Source of the DNA: a virus
Lineage: Duplodnaviria > Heunggongvirae > Uroviricota > Caudoviricetes
Length of the DNA stretch: 15,323 nt
Reading direction: 5' to 3' (one strand)
Virus record (IMG/VR): IMGVR_UViG_2609459790_000002
Coordinates: 1-15,323 of that record
The position numbers and the translations under genes were made by a program. Within the stretch, counting starts at the first letter, position 1, and every line of letters begins with the position of its first letter. Positions 8,856 to 15,323 of the stretch are shown one piece after another. The notes under the pieces are model-generated. The model was not told the DNA's origin. It did not search any database and saw only the letters and a program-made list of their open reading frames with translations.

Positions 8856-9134
8856 TTACCTCCAGATCCGTTGCTGGAAAGTGCGGGACGCACGTGGTGG
8901 GCGTTCGGAATAAGGCAGCCTGACAGAGATTATCCAGTGCCGATAGTCGAGACTGAGAGCTTTCTTAACCTCGAACCCGCGCCTGCGGTAAGAATGAATC
9001 AGCCATTCGGCCTGTTCTGCAGTGCATGGAGGGTGCTGGAACCATTCAGACTTGAATGCGTGAGAATACCGCCCGTGCGTGCAGGCAAGAACGGGCGAAT
9101 TATCAGAATTGTAATATTTTGCGTTGCGTGCCAT
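8856..9134 (-). CDS. Hypothetical 92-aa prophage protein, translationally coupled to ydfU
   Basis: ATG at 9132-9134 with a GGAGAA SD 5 nt upstream. Its stop TAA (8856-8858) abuts the ydfU GTG. Protein MARNAKYYNSDNSPVLACTHGRYSHAFKSEWFQHPPC... is not recognised. Confidence 0.5.
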   Translation of the reverse strand: MARNAKYYNSDNSPVLACTHGRYSHAFKSEWFQHPPCTAEQAEWLIHSYRRRGFEVKKALSLDYRHWIISVRLPYSERPPRASRTFQQRIWR

Positions 9135-9200
9135 CGGTTTTCTCCGGTGGCACGGTGTTACTCAGCGGGAGTTCAGCCCCGCGCAAGATTGTAGATGAGT

Positions 9201-9452
9201 TTATTCTCCTGAAAAAGCAGAAAAGCCAGCTTTTATTCCGATCTCTTTCAATGCCTGTAATGAAGTGACAAACTCACCTTCGCGCAAGATAAATCCGTCC
9301 GTGACCCGAGCATCCACAAAATTAATTAACGCAGCCCCATTCTTTCGCAAACACATAATGCGGTAATGACTAACAAGATTTCCATTTTCAACGCACACAG
9401 CATAGAGGCCATCTTCACAAAAAATTTTACGCAGTTCTTCGATGTTCATCAT
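9201..9452 (-). CDS. rem: Small prophage protein Rem-like, 83 aa
   Basis: Tandem ATG ATG at 9447-9452 with a GGAAGGA SD 5 nt upstream. Its position immediately downstream of the relBE-hokD terminator matches rem in Qin. Identity by synteny and length only. Confidence 0.55.
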   Translation of the reverse strand: MMNIEELRKIFCEDGLYAVCVENGNLVSHYRIMCLRKNGAALINFVDARVTDGFILREGEFVTSLQALKEIGIKAGFSAFSGE

Positions 9453-9565
9453 CAGAATCCTTCCGGATAATTAGCTCTCCCCTTTAAGGGACCATCCCTC
9501 TTATCCCTGCGCGCTACTTAAGTATTTTTGATTCTATTCCGGCACCGTCCAGAACTTCAAACGCG

Positions 9566-9600
9566 TTGAAAATAAAAACAAAAACCCGCCGAAGCGGGTT
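9566..9600 (-). terminator. Rho-independent terminator of the relB-relE-hokD operon
   Basis: Stem AACCCGC (9583-9589) / GCGGGTT (9594-9600) with a CGAA loop. On the minus strand it is followed by TTTTTGTTTTTATTTT. About 68 nt downstream of the hokD stop. Confidence 0.65.
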
Positions 9601-9668
9601 AAGTGCGGGTGCGTTGAGGATGCCTGCCACATCAGAGGTGGCGAGGGATTTCTCCCCCGCCGGGTCTC

Positions 9669-9824
9669 TTACTCCTCAGGTTCGTAAGCTGTGAAGACAG
9701 CGACCTCCGTCTGGCCGGTTCGGATTCGTACCTCGCAGAGGTCTTTCCTCGTTACCAGTGCCGTCACTATGACGGTTAAACAGATGACGATCAGGGCGAT
9801 TAACATCGCCTTTTGCTGCTTCAT
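9669..9824 (-). CDS. hokD: Hok-family type I toxin HokD (RelF), 51 aa (missed by ORF track, under 60 aa)
   Basis: Hand translation: MKQQKAMLIALIVICLTVIVTALVTRKDLCEVRIRTGQTEVAVFTAYEPEE. ATG at 9822-9824 with an AGGAGA SD 8 nt upstream; TAA stop at 9669-9671. Hok signature TM helix and LCE motif; third gene of the relBE operon. Confidence 0.85.
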   Translation of the reverse strand: MKQQKAMLIALIVICLTVIVTALVTRKDLCEVRIRTGQTEVAVFTAYEPEE

Positions 9825-9895
9825 AGCCTGCTTCTCCTGTCAACGCAAAGCAGAAGTGTCACCTTCGGTGCGAAACAGAGATGTCATGCTTTGGT

Positions 9896-10183
9896 TCAGA
9901 GAATGCGTTTGACCGCCTCGCTATATACTTCCGAGCGTTCTCTTTTCCCAACAGAAATCACGAAAACGACAACTTTCTCGTCTATAACCTGGTATACAAG
10001 GCGATAGCCTGAAGACCGGAGCTTAATCTTGTAACAATCAGGCATACCACGGAGCTTGTTTGCTTCAATCCGGGGTGACTCAAGTACTTCAACCAGCTTC
10101 TTTTTCAACTGTTCACGTACCGTCGAGCCCAGCTTTCGCCATTCCTTTAGTGCCCGCTCGTCAAAATCCAGAAAATACGCCAT
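9896..10183 (-). CDS. relE: Type II toxin RelE (ribosome-dependent mRNA interferase), 95 aa
   Basis: MAYFLDFDERALKEWRKLGSTVREQLKKKLVEVLESPRIEANKLRGMPDCYKIKLRSSGYRLVYQVIDEKVVVFVISVGKRERSEVYSEAVKRIL is recognised as E. coli RelE. Its ATG overlaps the relB TGA (TGATG). Confidence 0.92.
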   Translation of the reverse strand: MAYFLDFDERALKEWRKLGSTVREQLKKKLVEVLESPRIEANKLRGMPDCYKIKLRSSGYRLVYQVIDEKVVVFVISVGKRERSEVYSEAVKRIL

Positions 10184-10422
10184 CAGAGTTCATCCAGCGT
10201 CACACGTACTGGCTTAGGATTACGAAGCCGTTCTTTCACTATCTCCACAAGTTCAGCATCTTCATCACTCAGGAGTGTCTGTTTGAACGGCAAGCGTTCA
10301 TTGTCAGCGATATACTCGAGCATGAGACGAAGCGCTTCAGAAGGAGTTACACCCATTTTTTCAAGCGCGGCGTAAGAACGCGCTTTAAGTTCATCGTCAA
10401 TACGCAGGTTAATGCTACCCAT
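10183..10422 (-). CDS. relB: Type II antitoxin RelB (RHH DNA-binding), 79 aa
   Basis: MGSINLRIDDELKARSYAALEKMGVTPSEALRLMLEYIADNERLPFKQTLLSDEDAELVEIVKERLRNPKPVRVTLDEL is recognised as E. coli RelB. AGAGGTG SD upstream of the ATG at 10420-10422. Confidence 0.92.
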   Translation of the reverse strand: MGSINLRIDDELKARSYAALEKMGVTPSEALRLMLEYIADNERLPFKQTLLSDEDAELVEIVKERLRNPKPVRVTLDEL

Positions 10423-10475
10423 GTCTTACACCTCTTGTAATTACAAATGTCATTACAAGTATCGCACTACAACAT
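10423..10475 (-). promoter_or_regulatory. relBE promoter/operator region (relO) with TTGTAAT-type repeats
   Basis: Directly upstream of relB: CTTGTAATTACAAATGTCATTACAAG contains inverted and direct TTGTAAT / ATTACAA repeats, consistent with the RelB-RelE-bound operator. Confidence 0.55.
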
Positions 10476-10571
10476 GCTTAGGGCAAGTCACGAAGGAAGT
10501 CAGAAAGTAGTCGTAAGAACGGTGATCACTGTCCGCTTTGTGCCAGAAGCGGATGTTACTTCTTGCATATT

Positions 10572-11483
10572 TCAATTTTCTTCTCCCCACAGCGGTGTAT
10601 CTCCTAACGCTTTAGCAATAAAATCAACAAAGCTGCGAACCTTGAAAGGAATACGGATCGCGCTGGGATAAACAGCCTGAATAGTAAGTTCAGTCGTCCG
10701 GTATGCTGGCAGCAGCTTTATCAGCTTGCCCTGCTTAATATGCTCGCCAAAAACAAAGTTGGGCCCGTAAGCAATGCCTGTTCCGGCCAGTACGGATTCA
10801 AGAAGCAACTGAATGTTATTGGCAGTCATACGGCATGGGCCTTCAATACTGTGCGGCCTGCCTTGTGCATCATAAATCGTCCAGTCTCCCGCTGAAACCG
10901 CCTGGCTGAACGCCAGTCGAGGCGCACGGGAAAGATCATCCGGCGTCTCTGGTGTGCCATGTTTTTTCAAATACTCCGGTGAAGCGCACAAAACCATCCT
11001 GCAAGGTGCCAGCCGCCGCGTAACCAGTGTCGGATCCTCAAAACGCCCAACTCGGATGGCAACATCGATTCGATTTTCGAGCAGATCGGCGTATTTATCC
11101 TCCAGTACAACGTCCAGACTGACCTCCGGAAATTGCTCCAGGTAGCGTGATACGATCCTACCAAGATGCATTGCACCGAAGGCGACCGGTGCTGCAACGC
11201 GAAGCAACCCCTTCGGTGTTTTCTGAACATCACTGGCTTCCCGGTTCGCATCCTCAAGAACCTCAAGAATAACTTTGCAACGTTCATAATACCGCTCACC
11301 GGCATCCGTCAGGCTAAGACGGCGTGTTGAACGCTGAAGAAGTCGTACATTTAGATCAGATTCTATAGCGCTGACATGCTTTCCTGCCATTGCAGCCGAA
11401 AGCTTAAAACGTCTCGCGGCGGCGGCGAAACTGCCTTCATCCACTGCCGCGATAAAAATCTGCATGCTGGTGAACCTGTCCAT
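10572..11483 (-). CDS. LysR-family transcriptional regulator (LTTR), 303 aa
   Basis: N-terminal wHTH signature MDRFTSMQIFIAAVDEGSFAAAARRFKLSAAMAGKHVSAIESDLNVRLLQRSTRRLSLTDAGERYY followed by a substrate-binding domain. Divergent from the adjacent hydrolase gene. Confidence 0.85.
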   Translation of the reverse strand: MDRFTSMQIFIAAVDEGSFAAAARRFKLSAAMAGKHVSAIESDLNVRLLQRSTRRLSLTDAGERYYERCKVILEVLEDANREASDVQKTPKGLLRVAAPVAFGAMHLGRIVSRYLEQFPEVSLDVVLEDKYADLLENRIDVAIRVGRFEDPTLVTRRLAPCRMVLCASPEYLKKHGTPETPDDLSRAPRLAFSQAVSAGDWTIYDAQGRPHSIEGPCRMTANNIQLLLESVLAGTGIAYGPNFVFGEHIKQGKLIKLLPAYRTTELTIQAVYPSAIRIPFKVRSFVDFIAKALGDTPLWGEEN

Positions 11484-11595
11484 AACTTACCACCATTCGA
11501 TAATCAGAGTATCGGCTGTCGACACAATTACGCTGATTATCATCACTCATGACAGCAATTACCATTACCTTAATGACATGAAGAGGCATGAGACG

Positions 11596-12756
11596 ATGAA
11601 AATTAAGGTGAATGGAACGGGTATCCACATTGAGCAACAGGGCAGCGGTGAAATTGCACTGGTATTTTTGCATTATTATGGCGGTTCATCCCGTACATGG
11701 GAGAGCGTGATAAGTCAGTTACCTGACCACTACCGCACAGTTGCAATCGACCACCGGGGCTGGGGGGGCTCAGACGCACCTAAATCAGGATACCGAATTG
11801 GTGACCTTGCTCGGGATGCCGAAGGGGTTATTTCAGCGCTTGAGCTTAAACGCTACATTCTTATTGGCCATTCGATGGGGGGAAAAGTTGCCCAACTGAT
11901 GGCGTCGCGTCGGCCTGCAGGTCTTGAAGGCCTGATGCTTATCGCTCCCTCTCCACCTTCACCTATGCGTCTCACGCCTGAGCAGCGCGATACGTTATCC
12001 AGCGCATATAACAGCCGCGAATCTGTCGGCTTTGTGATTGATAATGTCCTGACAGCGGGGGCACTAAGTTCTGCTCTGCGTGAACAGGTAATCGAGGACA
12101 GTTTGAGGGCCTCATCCGAGGCCAAAGAAGGCTGGCCTAATACGGCTATCGGCGAAGACATTACCCAGGAAGTGGCCTCAATTAATGTCCCTGTGACGGT
12201 CATTTCAGGGGAGTTGGATCGTGTAGACCTTCCGGCTACTCTGCAAAGAGAATTGCTGCCCCTTATTTCACATGCATCAATGTATATTATTCCAGACGTC
12301 GGACATCTCTTGCCTCTGGAGGCCCCTACAGAGGTCGCCAGCCACCTGTTAAAATTTACAGCCGCCATTGAAGGGGGGACAGCAGTCTACCATTCGCCTG
12401 TCGAAACGATAGCCGCGTTTGATGATGCTTTCAATGCAGGCAGGGTTGATGACCTGCTGGCTCTGTTCAGTAACCGTGCCACTATGAAAATGACTGATGG
12501 TGTGGTCATCGAAAGCGATCCTGAAAAGCTTCGGGACACTTTTTTGTCACTGACATCATCCCAGCCAGTTATCAGAAACCATATCCGCTCGATCCTCTCC
12601 GCCGGTGAAATTGCTCTGCTTATTATTGACTGGACTTTGACCATAACCACCAAGGATAGAACACTGCACGAAGAGTCCGGTACAGCAACGCAGGTGTTGT
12701 TGCGAAGCGTTGACGGAGGTTGGCGGCTGCTGATTTCAAATCCATCAGGAACGTAG
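11596..12756 (+). CDS. Alpha/beta-hydrolase fused to a C-terminal NTF2-like / SnoaL-like domain, 386 aa
   Basis: ATG at 11596 with an AAGAGG SD 9 nt upstream; earlier in-frame ATGs at 11464 and 11578 lack an SD and would overlap the LysR start. Nucleophile elbow GHSMGG, HRGWGGSD motif, His in PDVGHLLPLE. The C-terminal 115 aa (AAFDDAFNAGRVDDLLALFS...WRLLISNP) is NTF2/SnoaL-like. Confidence 0.8.
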   Translation: MKIKVNGTGIHIEQQGSGEIALVFLHYYGGSSRTWESVISQLPDHYRTVAIDHRGWGGSDAPKSGYRIGDLARDAEGVISALELKRYILIGHSMGGKVAQLMASRRPAGLEGLMLIAPSPPSPMRLTPEQRDTLSSAYNSRESVGFVIDNVLTAGALSSALREQVIEDSLRASSEAKEGWPNTAIGEDITQEVASINVPVTVISGELDRVDLPATLQRELLPLISHASMYIIPDVGHLLPLEAPTEVASHLLKFTAAIEGGTAVYHSPVETIAAFDDAFNAGRVDDLLALFSNRATMKMTDGVVIESDPEKLRDTFLSLTSSQPVIRNHIRSILSAGEIALLIIDWTLTITTKDRTLHEESGTATQVLLRSVDGGWRLLISNPSGT

Positions 12757-12936
12757 TGAGTTCAGTAAGAATAGCTTGCGCTAGCAATATCGCGTGGCTG
12801 CAGAGAGGTAAGTGACATCCGCCACCACCCGCATGCCGTTTTAAGGCATGCGGTAATAACGATGAGCGCAAGATTGCTGTTATGTCTTGCTGCTTTCGGA
12901 GCGCCTGCTTTTCGCTCTTAGCGGACATTAGCATAG

Positions 12937-14499
12937 GCTATTTACCATAACGCCTCATTACGCGCACCGCCCAGACTGACTCAGCGCGTTTCTGGCATAT
13001 CCCCGGTAAAACAAGTAACAAACCACCCGAAAATGAACACCAGAAACGCGACTTAAGAATCTACCCTATGAATGGATATGCACTCAACCGAATCGATCTT
13101 GGTTTCAATCTTTTTTATCGGGATCAGGCTTCTTTTTAGGTAACTTCGGGGGCTTAACTTGCTGATGACTTTGCGTTCGGCGCGTAAGCCAGGGATGGTC
13201 AGCTTTAGGTTTAACATAGTATTTTGAGCGTAAATCAATACGGGCATTATCCACTCGTTCATGGACACTCTTTTCATCATCCAGTGGTATAGGCTCCGGG
13301 CCATCAACATACTTTTCCCAGCCCAGCGCTTTCCCGTCATACAGAACGTTAATTTCACCGTCAAAGTTCTCGCATACAGTAACAACCGAATGCCTAAGTC
13401 GATATCCCCGGCCCTCACTGCGTACCTGAAACGCACTGCTTTTGTACTGGAAAGTGAGATTTTTAGACAGAACGCGCTTCGCCTGTAGGCTGAAGATATA
13501 ACCCAGTTCCTCTTCAGAATGGTGCACATCAAGATGAGCATTATCAGTAGTACGAGGCGACGTAGCGAACCGGTTGTTATAGGCTTCAATAAAGGTCGGC
13601 AACCATGCATTTGCTGTTTCAATATCACTGATATTCTGAAGCCGCATTTCTTTGACCAGCCTGTCCTGTAGTGTCTGATTGGCGCGCTCTACCCGCCCTT
13701 TTGCCTGCGGGCTGTTGGCATGGATTGGCTCGATGCCCAGTGTCTTTATCGCACGAGTGAACTGGGTCAGCTCACCTTCCCGCTCTGGGTTATTTACCCT
13801 GAATATACTGTGTCTATCAGAGTAGAGAGCGAGCGGTACGCCATGATCATTAAGGTAACCCCGGAGGGTTTCCATGTAAGCCCGGGTTGTTTCAGCAGGC
13901 ACAAAACGCAACGCCATCAACGCACTGGTGGCATCATCAATGAAAACGATCAGTGTACATCTGGGGCCTCGATTTTCAAACCAGTCATGAGGTGAGCCAT
14001 CAATCTGGATCAGTTCACCGTAAGATGGTCGTCGCATGCGGCGTTGATATATACGGGCAATTTTACGACGGCGTTCACGCCATAACCCCTCTTCTATCAT
14101 CCACTTTCTGAGAGTTTCAACGGATAAAGATAAACCGTGTATCTCGCGCAATTTTTCGCACGCAAACGTAGGTCCAAAATCAGCGTAACGGCCTTTGAGG
14201 AGTGAAATTACTGTTGCTCTGAATTCAGTAGAAAAGGAATTATTAGGACGCTTTCCACGTCGGTGGGAAACCAGACCAGAAGGCCCTTCATTTCTATACC
14301 GTTGCACCAGACGTTTAACCTGCCGAATAGAAATGCCAATGCGTGCCGCAGCTTGTTCCTGAATAATCTGAAGTCGGTGGAGTTCCTTATGACTCATCGT
14401 AACAGTCTCTTTGATCATGAAAAATCCCCCAGAGAATTGTCTGGGGACATTTTAGAATGGTTCAAAGGGGACATTACAGCTTGGTGTTAACAATAGCCT
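12937..14499 (-). mobile_element. Insertion sequence carrying the 437-aa DDE transposase; terminal inverted repeats not resolved (ends approximate)
   Basis: Single transposase gene with about 80-170 nt flanks. The only candidate terminal match found by eye is AGGCTATT (12937-12944) against AATAGCCT (14492-14499), which is at chance level. Boundaries are therefore provisional. Confidence 0.35.
13105..14418 (-). CDS. DDE transposase with rve integrase-core domain (IS481/ISNCY-like), 437 aa
   Basis: N-terminal HTH (GISIRQVKRLVQRYRNEGPSGLVSHRRGKRP), DDE-type core (LIQIDGSPHDW..., LALYSDRHSIF, ...RVERANQTLQ) and a Lys/Pro-rich basic tail. ATG at 14416-14418 with a GGGGGA SD. Family assignment is from motif recollection only. 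Confidence 0.8.
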   Translation of the reverse strand: MIKETVTMSHKELHRLQIIQEQAAARIGISIRQVKRLVQRYRNEGPSGLVSHRRGKRPNNSFSTEFRATVISLLKGRYADFGPTFACEKLREIHGLSLSVETLRKWMIEEGLWRERRRKIARIYQRRMRRPSYGELIQIDGSPHDWFENRGPRCTLIVFIDDATSALMALRFVPAETTRAYMETLRGYLNDHGVPLALYSDRHSIFRVNNPEREGELTQFTRAIKTLGIEPIHANSPQAKGRVERANQTLQDRLVKEMRLQNISDIETANAWLPTFIEAYNNRFATSPRTTDNAHLDVHHSEEELGYIFSLQAKRVLSKNLTFQYKSSAFQVRSEGRGYRLRHSVVTVCENFDGEINVLYDGKALGWEKYVDGPEPIPLDDEKSVHERVDNARIDLRSKYYVKPKADHPWLTRRTQSHQQVKPPKLPKKKPDPDKKD

Positions 14500-14797
14500 G
14501 CTTCTCCGTGCCTTTCGGCACGTAAGAGGCTAACCTACATGTGTCTAGCATGAAATTGGCCTCAGATTAATGTTAAGCGTCTTGCAGGACGCGTAATGTT
14601 AACTGGGGCTTTTCTCTATCTGCCGTTGGTGTCCATGCCCGAGGCAGATAGCCTCAAGCACCCGCAGTCATTCTACTTAACTAAGATTTCCCCGCAAACC
14701 GTTTTTGTCCAGCACAGTAAATATCCAACTAAACCAATGGAGTTCGCTGTATTTACCGCCAGTATTCAATGCACATGACCGCCATGAACACCCCTAA

Positions 14798-15323
<526 letters not shown>

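Noticed and set aside
8781-9268. Plus-strand ORFs 8781-9194 and 9056-9268
   Set aside because: Antisense to the 92-aa ORF and rem, both of which have strong SD sequences on the minus strand.
9691-10671. Plus-strand ORFs 9691-9912, 9813-10007, 10060-10440, 10447-10671
   Set aside because: Antisense to hokD, relE, relB and the LysR 3' end, all of which are confidently identified.
10954-12934. ORFs nested in or antisense to LysR and the hydrolase (10954-11145, 10967-11305, 11437-11673, 11853-12368, 12387-12653, 12623-12934)
   Set aside because: Overlap strongly supported genes. The hydrolase start at 11464 would overlap the divergent LysR start and lacks an SD.
13053-14490. ORFs inside the transposase gene (13053-13628 -, 13261-13488 +, 13720-13995 +, 14263-14490 +)
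   Set aside because: Alternative-frame or antisense shadows of the 437-aa transposase.
14565-14651. 9-bp direct repeats TAATGTTAA flanking a near-palindrome GCGTCTTGCAGGACGC, and a 9-bp stem hairpin at 14616-14651
   Set aside because: Short repeats of this size are expected by chance several times in 15 kb, and no associated gene or T-tract supports a function. Noted only as possible IS-proximal structure.

Overview
This 15.3-kb window reads as a defective lambdoid prophage of the E. coli Qin type followed by IS-rich cargo. No named defence system is recognisable; the best candidates for uncharacterised biology are the DUF968/HNH-like ydfU module with its coupled upstream 92-aa ORF, and the LysR plus hydrolase::NTF2-like cargo pair. 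Left to right: a 50-nt poly-C tract (artefact-like); a minus-strand internal fragment of a lambda J-like tail-tip gene joined by deletion to a truncated Nu1 terminase small-subunit gene; an apparently intact lambda-type cos (cosB R1-R3 plus cosN); then ynfO-ydfO, gnsB-ynfN-cspI, the lysis cassette (Rz/Rz1, SAR endolysin, ydfR, holin), a small Zn-ribbon ORF, cspB, cspF, a PR'-like late promoter and terminator, Q antiterminator, ydfU, the 92-aa ORF, rem, and hokD-relE-relB with its operator. Right of relB: a divergent LysR regulator and alpha/beta-hydrolase::NTF2-like fusion, a 437-aa DDE transposase, a hok-leader-like remnant, and an IS5-family element cut by the window end. No rRNA, tRNA or CRISPR array was seen. 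All identifications rest on reading the translations and motifs by eye; no database search was run. Many ORFs in the supplied track are antisense shadows of these genes and were rejected.
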